A DNA stretch of 64,000 nucleotides from Rhizaria sp. SCN 62-66 (Eukaryota), in NCBI GenBank assembly GCA_001724265.1, contig MEDY01000188.1:1-64000 (forward strand), given 5' to 3'. The notes below the pieces were generated by a model, which saw only the letters and a program-made list of their open reading frames with translations, had not been told where the DNA came from and searched no databases. The position numbers were made by a program, and so were the translations under genes. Below are positions 38,528-51,158 of this stretch, piece by piece; the first letter of the stretch is position 1; each line of letters starts with the position of its first letter.

Positions 38528-41500
38528 ATGTCGTCGTTAAACACGCACCACTGCGATGATGTTAACGCCCTCGAGGCTATTGTCTTCGCCGACGACCGTC
38601 GTGCGGCGATTGACGCCACCTTCCTCCCGAACTCCAGTACGTCATCTCACACGCCCTCTCAACACATATCAAGCATTGTCTCTCATTTAAAGCGGTATGA
38701 AAGATTGTAATATGACGATGTGGACATTAACCGGAAATCGACCTTCATCTAAACAACATCTCATGGTCTGTTGTCGTCTTTTTTGTTGTCGTTTTCCTCC
38801 TTGTTCTCGCGCACAGCGGAGAATCTCTTCCACAAGGCCCTGGTGGAGCAGATCGAGTCCCAGGAGCAGGGCAAGTACTCGTCCACAGCCTACGCCGCCT
38901 ATGACGCCTACATCCACTCCCAGTACAACCAGAACAGCTCACCCGCGCTGTCGATGGCGTTCCGCGCCGCGATGCTCCAGTTCGCCTCCGCCTCGGACGC
39001 GCGCCGCACGGAGATCATCACCGACTTCTTTGCCGCCATGTGCAGCTGGCACCACTCTAAGGCCTCGACCAAGCCCACCGCGGACGGCTCCGCGGCCGCC
39101 GCGCGCCCCTTTACGCCGGGTGAGAACGTCTTCAGCTGGCACAAGAACATCAAGGAGTACCTTAAGGAGCGCGTCGCGCGGCCCGACAACACCAGCCTCG
39201 GCCTGCGCCAGACCGCGCTGCCGTACCTGCTCGACAACCACGCGAGCATCCCCGACCACCGCGTCAACGACGTCCTCGACAACTTCATGGTACGTGCAAT
39301 TACTGTGTTCACAAAAGCAACCCTCCGATCACACCCAAGTCATCCTCTTGATAGATCTTTGTATCACATCACCTTCTTGTTCTTTGCTTTTTAACTGTAG
39401 CGCCGCACGAACTTCGCCGCGCACCCCGGTGTCGTGTCGCTGGTTGCCCGCTCGCTCAAGTGGGTTAACCCCAAGCGCACCAACGACAGCGAGCGCGGCT
39501 TTGGCCGCTGCAACATCGACTCCCTGCTGACCGCGGACCAGCTCGCTGCCGTCGCTAAGGCCGTGTCCCGCGTCAAGACGGAGAAGTCCTTCATCGGCCG
39601 CGAGTTTGTCACCCAGTTTGGCTCCGACCCGCGCCCCGCGGCGTGCGTCAGCGCCGAGGAGCGGCTCGCTCTGCTCACGCGCATCTTCGCCTTCGCCACT
39701 GAGGTTGGCAAGCGCAGCTCCTCGGCCTCGTGCGGTGAAGTGGCGTCGACGCTCATGTGCTGGTGCATGCACTCGCTGCTCGAGTGCGACGGCAAGTACA
39801 ACTTCGCGTGGTTCAACGCCTGGATTACGCTCAACCACGCCGGTTACGCGCCATTCGTCTCGAGCGCGGCCAAGAGGAAGAGCTCCAACCCTATCTACCC
39901 CACCAACTTTGAGTCCATTCCCCGCCCCGATTTCAGCGTACGTTCTTGCCATCTGGTTTATTCAACACGCAACCACGTATTTCTCATACTAGCTCTCTGA
40001 AATGATAACTTCTTTCGTTGTCGCCCACAATCACGTATCTTCACTCATGTGCATTTTTTGCTTCTGCATCTCCTCACCCGCAGGACGTGACGGAGCCTTA
40101 CCTGATCGAGTACTACCGCCAGCCTGGCAACGACAAGTTCACGCCGACGTCGCTGGGCGCGTACGCCGGCACGCTCGATACCGACGCGCTCGAGACGGCG
40201 CTGTACAAGGCGCGCGCCTACTACCCGCCCGTCGACCCCGTGACGTACAAGTCGCTCCAGCCGCTCCCTTCCTGGGTCACCGACAAGATCAAGGTGCGTT
40301 GGTCTGCATGCTTGCTAAGATCATCAATGTGTATTGGGAGATAGAATTCCGCAAGAACTCTTTATTCGAAATGTAAAAATCCTCTTAAAGAAGCAAAAAA
40401 GCAAATTCTTAATATCCTAACGATTTTTTCTGGATCATTGTTTTCCCCCCACTTCACAGCATGGCTACGCCTACGGCATCTCGACGACCGCGACGGAGCT
40501 GACCTGGGCGCCGCACAACGCGTCTCTGGGCTCGACTCCCGAGGCCGTGGCGGCGCCGGTCACTCTGCACGCCGTGATCAAGAACGTGCCCACGGTCACC
40601 CTCAAGGTCTACCGCATCAACACCACAGCCTACTACACTACGCACAACAAGGAGGTCGACGCCAAGATTGAGCTCGACGGCCTGATCCCGCACGAGACGC
40701 TGACCTTCGACCTCTCTGCCGCGGCTTCGCTCACTCGCGTCGAGAAGACCTTCACGCTTGACTCGCTGCGCGGCCAGCGCGGCGTCTTCGTCATCGAGCT
40801 CGAGGGCAACGGCCAGGCCACGCGCGCCGTGGTGCGCAAGGGCCTGCTGACCTTCTTGGAGCACTCGACGGCGGTGGGCCACGCCTTCGCCGTGTTCAAC
40901 GAGGCCCGCGAGCAGGTCAAGGACGCCCGCATCACCATGGGCTCCCGCACCTTCACGCCCGATGCCAGCAGCGGGTTCATCATCGTGCCGTACAACGACA
41001 CGCGCGTCAACGACCGCTCCATCGTCATCACCTCCGACTCGGCCGCCAAGCTTTCCTCGTCCTCCTCAGCCAGTGCCAGCGCCAGCGCCAGCTCGAGCAC
41101 GCTGGCGGGCGCCAGCGTGGGTGAGTCCTTCTCTTGCCTGGGCAAGTTCACGCACATGTCCGAGCAGTACTCGCTCGAGGGCGGCTTCGTGCTCTCCCGC
41201 GAGGCACTGCGCTCGCGCGCCGTGGCCGAGGTCGTCGTGCGCCCCATCTTCCGCCGCAACGGCCACGCGCTGCCCACGGGCACCACGCTCAACACCAAGG
41301 ACGTGCGGCTCACGGTCAACGCGACTGACGCGGACGGCGTCAACACCACGCAGGTTGTCGAGGGCTTCGCGCTGCCCGGCAGCGACTGCGAGGCCACGCA
41401 CGCTTTCTCCGTCCCCGCGGGGCTAGCGTCGCTGACGTTCCGCCTCGACGTGACCGTGGTGTCGGCGCGCGGCACCGAGAGCGTGCTCTCGCTCAACAGC

Positions 41501-44500
41501 GACGCCGTCACCGTCAACACGATCGAGCGCAACGAGTTCAGCATCCGCCAGCTCTTCCTGCGCCGCGACACTGCCAGCACGGCGCACGTGGTCAACGCCG
41601 ACAACGCGGCCGGCGAGGGACTCGTCGCCGTGCTAGTCGGCAAGGGCGGCGAGCCGCTGTCGCTGCAGGAGATCACGATCACCGCGCGCCACCGCTTCAT
41701 CGAGGACCAGGTCACGCGCACGCTGCGCACCGACGCGGAGGGCCGCGTCTACATCGGCTCGCTGGGCGACATCTGCTCCGTCACGGCCACGTGCGCCGTC
41801 TCGGGCTGCTACGCCACCTACAGCGTCAGCAACGAGCTCGCCGCCAACGTGGTCCGGGAGATCCGCGCCGAGGTGGGCGCCGCCGTGCGCGTGCCCTACC
41901 TCGGCGCCGAGACCGCGCTCACGCCCGCTGCCTTCTCGCTGCTGCGGCTGGGCAAGGCGAGCCCGGGCGTTTACACGCAGTGCGAGCTGCGCTGCGCGTC
42001 GCTCGACACGGTCACCGGCCACATTGTGCTCAACAACCTGACCGAGGGTGAGTACGAGCTGTCGTACGTCGACACGGCCGCGGGCGACAACGGCGGCGAC
42101 GCTATTATCCGCCACAACATCCGCGTTTTCCCGGCCAACCAGCGCGTCATGGGCTCGTACGTGCTGGCCGACAACGCCTTTCACCAGCTTCAGCGCGACC
42201 TTGCCACGGACCTCACCGTGGGCGCCATCACGGGCTCCGCCGTCGCCACGGGTAACACCACCGCCGGCGCCGTGGCCGCCGCGGACAGCACCGTGGTCAT
42301 CCAGGTCGGTGCGTTGAGTAAGGACACGCGTGTCCACGTGTTCTCGTCGCATTTCCTGCCCTCCGAAAGTGAGGTTGCGGCGCTGGTGCCCAACCAGCCC
42401 GACAACGCGCGCTCGCTGCCGCTGCCCAGCGTCGAGCACGACTACCTCACGCAGCGCCAGCTGTCTGGCGAGCAGCAGTACGTGCTCGACCGTAAGCGCG
42501 CCGCCAAGCGCGTCGGCAACATGCTCACGCGGCCCACGCTGCTCCTCGCCAAGCGCTTTAAGCAGGCGACGCAGATGGACAAGGACACGACGATGCGCAA
42601 GGCGGGCGAGACAAGCGTCATGTCCAAGAAGAAGGCCACTGTGAGCAGCGTCTCTGCTTCCAACTCGGCGTTCGAGTCGGACTCGCGCCGCGAGCGCAGC
42701 TCTCGTGGCGGCTACGGCGGCGGCAGCCGGCGCAACCGGTACAGCACCGACTCCGACAAGGGCGACCGTGCGTACCACTCGCTCGAGTTCCTCAAGGAGA
42801 GCTCCACGCGCCTGTTCAACCTGAAGCCCGACGCCGAGGGCCGCGTGACCGTGGCGCGCTCGGCGCTGGGTGCGCACCACACCACGCTCACGGTCATCGC
42901 CGTCGACGGCGTCGCCGCCTTCACCAAGTCGGCGACGCTCCTGCCGCTCGCCGCGGCGGCCGCGACGGCGTCAGTGAGCGCGGGCTGCGTCGACGTGCGC
43001 ATGCCCGCCGCGCTGAACCTCAACAAGCACTACACACAGCAGCACCTCGTCACGCCGCTGCCCGCCGCAGGCGCCACGTTGCCCATCTCGGACGTGCGCT
43101 CCGCGCGCATCGAGGTGTTCTCGTCGCTGGGCGAGCTGTGGGAGCTGTTCCAGACGCTCGACGTGAACCGCAACGAGGCGCTGCTGGCCAAGTTCTCCTG
43201 GCTCCCCCGCTGGGGTTCACTGTCGCGCGCGGAGAAGGAGGACAAGTTCAACGAGTTCGTGTCGCACGAGCTTAACTTCTTCATCTACTGCAAGGACGCC
43301 GCCTTCTTCAACGACGTGGTCAAGCCGCACATCCGTCACCGCCACCGCAAGACCGTGGTGGACCTGTACCTGCTCGGCGGCGGCGCGCGTGCCTCGCTGA
43401 CGGCGCGGTACGCGACCGCGGCGTCGTTCCAGTCGCTCAACGCGTTCGAGCGCGTGCTGGTGGCGCACGCGGCGGGCCCTGCGGCGCTGCAGGCCGTCGC
43501 GGGCGTTCTCAGCGACGGCGCGCCCGTGCGCGACCTGGAGGTGTACACGCAGACGTTCATGAGTGCGATGCAGTCGCGCGCGCTGGCGCTGGGGCAGAGC
43601 ACGACGGAGCAGCTCCAGGCCGAGGCCAAGAAGCGCGCGCGCAAGAACAAGAAGGACAAGGACGGCGACGCCGACGGCGCCGAGGGCGGCGCCGACGACA
43701 ACGGCAGTGACGGCGGCAGCGGCGACGACGACGACTTGGATATGGACCGCTGTGATGAGAGCGAGAGTGAAGTCAGTGCGCTCTACGACGAGTGTGAGAA
43801 GGAGTGTGAAGAGGAGGCCGACTACTCCCGCAGTAAGAGCAAGAAGATGTCGGCACCGTCGGCTTTCGCACCCTCGAAGCCCTCGTCGATGGCGGGATTT
43901 GGTGGCGCCGGATCCGGATTCGGTCGCGCCCCGCCGCCGCCGCCGCCCTGCCCGGCCCCCGGCGGTGCCATGCTGATGCGCTGTGCCGTACGTCTCCTAA
44001 CCGCAAATCACGTTTGAAACACATGACATGTATTTTTTGTTATATCTGTTTATTAATGATCCTCTTTATTGACTTGGGTGTTCCCACACCACTCATTTTC
44101 CGTGCTAACTGTGATCTCTCTGTTCCGTTCTGTTTTTTTCTGCTACACTCATAGGCCCCGATGCCGATGATGGCCGCCATGTCCTGCGCGGACAGCCTCG
44201 CCCCGCAGATGCAGCTCAGCGCATCGGCGGCCCCGCGCATGATGTCTATGCGCGCGGCGGAGCCCGAGAGCTTCGAGTCGAAGGCCGAGAAGGCTGCGGC
44301 GGCCGCCGACAACAAGCCGCGCGCGCTCTTCACCGCGCCCGAGACGACAGGCGAATATGAGGAGCGCGAGTACTACGCCATTGAGTCCTCCACCGCGGGC
44401 GCCACCGCCACCAAGAGCCTCGTACCGCAGACGCAGTTCTGGTCCGAGTGGGCCGCGCACCTCGCCGCCACCGCCGCCGCCACCGCCGCGGGCGCGGACG

Positions 44501-47293
44501 CGGGCGCGGTGAAGCCGTTCTTGTCGTCGCACGTGCTGTCGGTGGCCAACGTGTCCTTCACGCACCTCGTCCTCGCCTTCGCAGTGACGGACCTGCCCGC
44601 CACGGCGCCGCAGGGCAACGCGTCGAGCCACTTCAAGCTGTCGTCGAGCGGCAAGGCAGAGCTAGTGGCACCGGCGCCGATGCTGGTGCTGCACGAGGAG
44701 GTCCGCGAGACGCGCGCGGCGGGCGCCGGTGAGAGCGGCGGCATCGCCGTCACGCAAGTGTACTTCGACCCGCTATCGCAGCGCGTTGAGGGTGGCGAAG
44801 TCAAGGAGAAGTACGTCGACAGCGAGATGCTGCCGCAGCGGCCCTACGGCTGCCGAGTCGTCGTTACCAACGCTACGGCCAAGACGCAGAAGTGCTCGCT
44901 GCTGCTGCAGATCCCCGTCGGCGCCATCCCGCTCAACCTGGGCGGCAACGGCCGCGGCGTCAGCGTCACCAACGCGCTGAGCTGCTTCCGCACCAAGACC
45001 CAGTTCACGTCGGTGCGCGCGTACCACACCTACGTCGCCGAGTACTTTTTCTACTTCCCCGCAGTGGGCTCCTTCGGGCACTACCCCGTTCAGGTGTCGC
45101 AGACCGAGGGCCAGGCCACCGTCGTCATCGGCTCCGGCTCGCCCACCACGCTCTCGGTCGTCGCGGTGCTCTCCGCGCCGCCCGACGCCAAGTCTTGGCA
45201 CTTCATTTCGCAGGTACGCATTGGACTCAACACGACTACATCAACTATTATTACGCGAAACAACCGTATGTCAAGCAATATGCTTCTATTTTGTTATGAT
45301 CAAACCCATCACTCACCGTTATCTTGTTTTACACTTTTCCTCTCCGTTTAGGACGGCTCCGAGGACGACGTCATCGCCTACGTCTCCGACCCCGCGAACA
45401 ACATCCACAAGAACGTGGACCCGGTTATGGCGGCTTTCCGCTGCCGCGGTAACCCGGCGTTCCTGGTCCGCTACACCGACGCCCTGCGCGCGCGCAGCTA
45501 CTACCACGACGACATCTGGGGCTACACCATCTACGCCATCCGCGAGGTACGATATCTGTCTTCCGCATATATTCATAGATCGCATTCGCAAACATATAAA
45601 CCTGATATTCAATTGTTTAGAAATTACTTCATTGCTTCATTGTTGTTGTTTTTCTTACCTCATCACCTTTGTTGATGTTTAGGCTAAGGGCTCGATCAAG
45701 TCGCTGGAGATCCACAAGCTCCTGGGCGAGTGGATGGCGTCCCCGCGCGTGCTGGGCTCGGAGAGCTCGGCGTGCCAGCGCGCGGGGCCGTACCTCGTGG
45801 TGCCGGGTTTCACGCGCGACGCCCACGCGCCGCACATCAACCAGTACCAGCACCTCGAATATCTGCCGCTGATCAACGCGCGCGCGCACGAGGTCACCGC
45901 GGCCGCGCCCGAAGCGAGCACCGACGACTACTTATATGGCTCGCTGAGGCTCCTGCCGCCTCCGGCCCAGACGGCGCCCGGCGCTGCGCTCTCGCGGTCC
46001 AAGATCCAGAACAAGCAGTTCCGCGCCCAGTACCTGCGCTTCATGCAGTACCTGGCATACTCGAGCTCGCGCCGCGACAAGATCGCCACGGGACACCTCA
46101 TCTCGGCCGTCTACTACATGCTGCTGCAGGACCGCGTCCCCGAGGCCAAGAAGCTCTTCGCGCTGCTTGACGCGCGCCGCACCGCCGCCAACGCCGCCAG
46201 TGCAGCGCCAGTGTCCCCGGCCAGCAGTAGCGGTGGCAACAGCGTCGAGATGCAGCTCGACTACCTCACGGCCTACTTCGACTTCTTCTCGCTCGCTCTG
46301 GGCGGCCCCACCGACGCGGCCGCGCTCCGCACCGGCGCCGCGCGTGCCGTGGCCATCGCGGACAAGTACGCCGCCTACCCCGTGCGTTTCTGGCGCAAGC
46401 TCTTCGCCGAGGTCAAGGCGCACGTCGGCGAGGCGCTCGAGACGGTCACTGCGGCCGCTGAGGCCGAGAACGCGGCCTTCGCGATGATCGACGCCGACGG
46501 CAACGCGGCGCCGGCCGCGGCGGGCCCCGCCGGCGAGGCCGCGGCGGCCGCGCTCGCGTCTGGCGCGCTGCTCGAGGGCAACAAGGGCGCCGAAGACCGC
46601 GCGATTAACCGCGAGAAGGAGCTGGCCGCGCTGGCCTCGACCGAGCCCCAGCTCGAGTTCACGGTCGAGAAGGCCGCGGGCGCCGCGCCTGGGGCCGCGC
46701 CCGTGCTGAAGCTGGTGCACGCCAACGTGGCGTCGTGCGTGGTGAGTTTCCACCTCATGGACCTGGAGGCGCTCTTCTCGGCCAACCCGTTCATCTCGGG
46801 CGAGACTGACAAGTTCGCGCTGGTGGCGCCCAACCACGCCTTCGAGGTCGACCTCACGGGTGCGGTGCCCTCGGCCGAGCACGGCTTCCACGGCGTCACG
46901 ATCGTGCCCGTGCCGGCCAAGTTCGCGACGGCCAACGTGCACATCCAGGTGACGGCGGCGACGCTGCCGCGCGCGCGCTCGGCGACCCACTACGCTCACT
47001 CGCTGCTCGTCCAGGTCGTCGACGCCTTCGGCCAGGTCAAGGTCTCGGCCGCCAAGGGCGAGGGCGCGGCGCGCGTCTACGGCCCGCTGCCTGGCGCCTA
47101 CGTCAAGTGCTTCGCTAAGCTCAAGACTGGCGTGGTGGACTTCTACAAGGACGGCTACACCGACCTGCGTGGCCGCTTCGACTTCGCGTCACTGTCGACC
47201 GACAAGCTCAAGAGCGTCGAGCGCTTCGCCATCCTTGTCGTCGGGGATGAGTTCGGCGCCTGCGTCAAGGAGGCCGCGCCCCCCAGCAAGTAA
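38528..47293 (+). CDS. Large (~2,573 aa) conserved protein resembling Dictyostelium AbpF and large bacterial hypothetical proteins, 8 exons
   Basis: join(38528..38636,38817..39289,39401..39937,40084..40293,40460..43987,44155..45213,45352..45546,45683..47293). All 7 introns are GT(A/G)CG...AG and restore the frame; stop is TAA. Motifs SHELNFFIYCKD, HLEYLPLINARAH, YYMLLQDR and YVKCFAK...FYKDGYTDLRGRFDFASL. The family assignment is from memory of these motifs. Confidence 0.7.
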
Positions 47294-48227
47294 GAGCCTA
47301 GTCATGGTCGAGTAAGTAGAGTCAATCTGTCAGCGAAGCAGTAAGGTAAATTCATATACTATTTGATCGTCGCAAAGTTACCTTCAGGCAGGTCTGGCAT
47401 GACTCGCTCTCTCTGTTTCTAGTCATGACACTGTTCTGGTGCAACGACCTGGTCGTTGTTCGTGGTACTGCTAAGCTTCCACTTTATGTTCTGCTTTTTG
47501 TTGCTGCCTGTGTCATGTACTACTACCGACCCACGCTCGGATTGCTCGAGCAACTGCTCGAACACAGGAACGAAGCAACAATCGCACGTATGTGTTGTTG
47601 TACTGTGTAATGTATGTAAATTTTTTTCATTTCTCTTCTCTCATGATAAGTAAAAGCCGAAGGCTTCCGATGATATCTTCTGTGTGCCCACTGAGTTTCT
47701 GTCTGTCGTTGATGCGTGTTATTCGCGGTCACCTGTTGTTGTTGCTGTTGACACACAACGCGTGCTCCGCAGCAAAAAACGTTCAACGGAGCAGCAGACA
47801 GTGTTAACCTCGCTCGTGTGATGGCGTGATAAATCATTCAACAAATACAATCTCTAATTGTAGCAATGAAACATGTTATTTTTGTCTAAGCACATCTGCG
47901 ATGGTTTGCTCATGTTGTTGTCATTCGTTGTCAATAAAGTTGTGTATTAAGATTCATGTTAGGTTGGCTATGAAACTATGTGTAAATATATAATTAGAAA
48001 ACCTCGCAGTCATGGCGGTCAAATGAAATTACAAGACTAGAGTGTTAAGAGCAGTTACAGTCGGAGGCCGAAAGCTAGCACTGTCTTTGTCTGAAAGCGT
48101 TGGCGTTGCAATTAGCGAGAGACATGTATATCATCCGAGACCGAGACGGACGCTAGCCGGGGCATTTTGCAAAGAGAGTGAAGCTCTAACAGCACTTAAT
48201 GGGGCCGTGGTAAGCTAAGCTGTCTCT

Positions 48228-48620
48228 TTAGCCGAGGTTGCGCTTGCGGGCGTTCTCGACGGCGCGGCCGGCGATCTCGACCTTGAGAGCCTCGTTGCCC
48301 GCCGTGGACGAGTCGTCTGGCGGGTACACAACGTAAGGGCGCTGTGTTGGTGCAGTTCATGCGTGAGAAGGAGCGAAGAAGAGAGAGAAGTGGAGTATTG
48401 GGGTAGGGTGAGGGTAGATGCAAAGATCGAGAGGAGCACATGATTGGATGGCCGTTGATACAGGAGCAGGCGAAGCGGCACAGAGACGTACATTGCGGAC
48501 AACCCACTCGCCGATGGGAGTGTTACTAATGCAGTAGACGGAGAACACGGGAACAGCGATGTACAGGGTCATGCGGATAGCGTCGAGACGCTGCAGCAGG
48601 CGTTTGGAGATTGTGCTCAT
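48228..48620 (-). CDS. PET100: Cytochrome c oxidase assembly factor PET100 homolog (80 aa)
   Basis: complement join(48492..48620,48228..48341). Intron 48342-48491 (GTACGT...ACAG). Protein MSTISKRLLQRLDAIRMTLYIAVPVFSVYCISNTPIGEWVVRNRPYVVYPPDDSS...KRNLG ending TAA. One TM segment followed by NRxYVVYPP matches the PET100 pattern. Confidence 0.75.
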
Positions 48621-48997
48621 TTTGGCACGTGGGGGCGACCTCTGCAATGGGACGAGTGGGGACGTTCCAGGCGATGAAAATGAGTATAATAAGAGGAAAA
48701 TTAGTGTGTGTGTTTGAAGTTTGATTATCATTAGTGATATGAGTCTGGACGGACATGGGAGTGTGGTACAGTTGATTCTTTGTTCACGGTCAAGCCCACC
48801 CCTTCGCCCCTCGACCCCCAGCCCGCCTTCTCACCCTCATCAAGAAATCATAGATACGCCCCAAATCAATCGTCAACCGGTGTTTTTTAGCAGAATCCCG
48901 AAATTATACGTTGCTTGATTGTGATTCTCTAAATTAATTTTCCTAATACTCCTTTCTTCGTCCGACTTCGCACTGTCTCACTCGCGAACAGAACACC
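48621..48997. promoter_or_regulatory. Probable compact bidirectional promoter between PET100 and SAE1
   Basis: Head-to-head genes ~380 bp apart with an AT-richer spacer. No specific motif identified. Confidence 0.45.
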
Positions 48998-50383
48998 GTG
49001 TCCGCTCCCGCTGCCCCCGCCCCCGCGGCGCCCTCCATGGCCCCAGCCTCGTCCTCCGCGGCCGCGCCCGCGCTGACGGATCAGGAGGCGAAGCTTTACG
49101 ACCGGCAGCTGCGCGTGTGGGGCGTCGAGGCGCAGCACCGCATGCGCACGGCCTCGGTCCTCCTCGCCGGGCGTGTCAGCGGCGCTGCCACTGAGGTCGC
49201 CAAGAACATCATCCTCGCGGGCGTCGGCTCCGTCACGCTGCTGGACCCCACGCCTGTGCGGCCCGAGCACCTGGCCGCGTCGTTTAGCCTCCACCGCGGC
49301 GACGTGGGTCGCCCGCGCGACGTGGCCATCGCCGAGCGCCTGCAGGAGCTCAACCCAAACGTCTCTGTCTCCGCCTACCGCTGCAGCAGCGAGGGCTATA
49401 GCGCGGGTTCGAGCGCGGCGCCATTCACCGCGGCAACGGCCCCCGCGGCGTTTTGGCGCTCTTTTGACACAGTGATTCTGTTCGGCGCGAGTCTCCACGA
49501 CGCTGTCACCGTCAACAACCACTGCCGCGGCGTCAGCGGGGGCACTGACGCCAACTCTACCACAACACAGACGTTCACCGCCGCGGGCTCCAGCGCGCCG
49601 CAACAGCATCAGGGGCAGGAGCAGAACGGTGTGTTTCGCGTGGCACCGGTGACGTGGTTCTGCTACTGCGCCTTCTTCGGCGACAACGCCTTCTGGTTCC
49701 AGGATCTGGGCGTCGAGTACCGCTACCTCAAACAGATTAAGAACGTCAAGGGCGTAGTCACGGACCGCGTGCCCGCCGCCGCGACCTACAGCCCGCTCGA
49801 CGCCGCGCTTGCGCGCCTTGTCCACGCCCCCGCGTTTCCCCCCGTCTCCAGTGCGAGCGATAGCGATAGCGAGGCGGACGCGACCAGCAGCAGCAGCAGC
49901 AGCAGCATCGAGCTTGAGCGTAAGAGCGACTGTATGTGCAGCAGCGACGACTGGGAGGGCCGCGCGCTGCGGGCGCTGCACGCGGCGTGGCCGGCGTTTG
50001 CGCGCGCGCTGACCGGGCGGTACCGCCGCGAACGGGGCCACGCGGCGCTGCTGCTGACGATGCTCTGCGCCGCCGCGGCCGCGCACGACTCAGATCTCGC
50101 CGCAGCCGCCGCGCTCGGGACCGCCGCCACCGCGCTTGCGCCCATCGCCACCAACGAGCATCAGGCTGGCGTTAAGGACGACGACAAGGAGGACGCGCCG
50201 GAGCAGGTGACCGTGGGCGGCGCGGCCCGCCTGCGCGGCATCGAAACCGTCTCTGACGCGGCCGTGGTGGGTGGTCTGCTCGCGCAGGAGGTGCTCAAGA
50301 GCCTTGCGGGACAGTCGGAGCCGCTGCAGAACGTCGCCGTGTACAACGGAGACGAGAACAAGATCCTCGTCTTTAACCTGTGA
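48998..50383 (+). CDS. SAE1: SUMO-activating enzyme subunit 1 (AOS1/SAE1, ThiF family)
   Basis: LTDQEAKLYDRQLRVWGVEAQHRM, EVAKNIILAGVGSVTLLD, LQELNPNV and AAVVGGLLAQEVLKSL..EPLQN. Intronless, stop TGA 50381-50383. First ATG is 49037; an in-frame GTG at 48998 is an alternative start. Confidence 0.9.
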   Translation: MSAPAAPAPAAPSMAPASSSAAAPALTDQEAKLYDRQLRVWGVEAQHRMRTASVLLAGRVSGAATEVAKNIILAGVGSVTLLDPTPVRPEHLAASFSLHRGDVGRPRDVAIAERLQELNPNVSVSAYRCSSEGYSAGSSAAPFTAATAPAAFWRSFDTVILFGASLHDAVTVNNHCRGVSGGTDANSTTTQTFTAAGSSAPQQHQGQEQNGVFRVAPVTWFCYCAFFGDNAFWFQDLGVEYRYLKQIKNVKGVVTDRVPAAATYSPLDAALARLVHAPAFPPVSSASDSDSEADATSSSSSSSIELERKSDCMCSSDDWEGRALRALHAAWPAFARALTGRYRRERGHAALLLTMLCAAAAAHDSDLAAAAALGTAATALAPIATNEHQAGVKDDDKEDAPEQVTVGGAARLRGIETVSDAAVVGGLLAQEVLKSLAGQSEPLQNVAVYNGDENKILVFNL

Positions 50384-50485
50384 AGTGAGTGTGCTGCGAA
50401 GCGTTCGAAACGACGGAAAGATGGAAAGTTCGTGGTGCCCGTCCGTATGTAAGGCTGCATGAGTCCGTGAAGGGAGTGTGGGCTC

Positions 50486-50529
50486 TATATAGTAGTATAG
50501 GGTCCGCTTCGACCCTATACTACGATATA
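50486..50529. repeat. 19-bp inverted repeat (1 mismatch, 6-nt loop) ~100 nt downstream of the SAE1 stop
   Basis: TATATAGTAGTATAGGGTC-cgcttc-GACCCTATACTACGATATA. Confidence 0.9.
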
Positions 50530-51158
50530 CGACATATGATGGTCAGGCACGCGTATATATGACTGGTTTGCGTGTTTTTGTGGCTGACAAACAGCGTCAA
50601 ATCTTGTATTTTCGCAATACAAAATGTTTATTAGTGCATATCAGTGTTACGGCGACTCCCGGATGTGAAACTGACTAATATGCGGCCGAGTCATGGCAAC
50701 CACGAAAGAAAATATTGCTGGTGAAAAAACACTCATTTAAACATTTGAATCGCTTGTTATTTTTTTTAGTTTTGATATTTTGCTAATTTCACTAACTATT
50801 TTTTCAATGGTGTACCTCACGGACTTTCCAACGCAAGTGACGTGTTACTTCAAGATCGCTTGGGGGTTGAAGTGAAGGCTGGTGATTCTAGAATTGAGTG
50901 CGATCAAGGAAAAAATAATGTTTAATCAACTCTATAAGTTATATCCTCGCTTCTTGTGCTTTGATGGAAATTGACAATGCGAACGGTTACGCACGTGCTC
51001 GAATAACGTAACAGGAAGCTCTTCGTAGATATGCGATAATCGCGGGAAGCACATAATTTTAAACATGTACTATGCATGCTGTGGTACTGTTTCAATCTTA
51101 AGTTGTGATGTTCTCGCTGAGACACATGTTGCAGTACCGAAAATCCAGTCTATTCACC

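Noticed and set aside
47425-47837. Short ORFs in the spacer between the AbpF-like gene and PET100 (similarly 1791-2276, 25485-25700, 55732-56083)
   Set aside because: AT-rich UTR/intergenic composition without coding bias or motifs.
48215-48316. Alternative PET100 acceptor at 48317 giving a C-terminus that ends in TAG
   Set aside because: The acceptor at 48342 gives the conserved RPYVVYPP motif, typical codon usage and a TAA stop.
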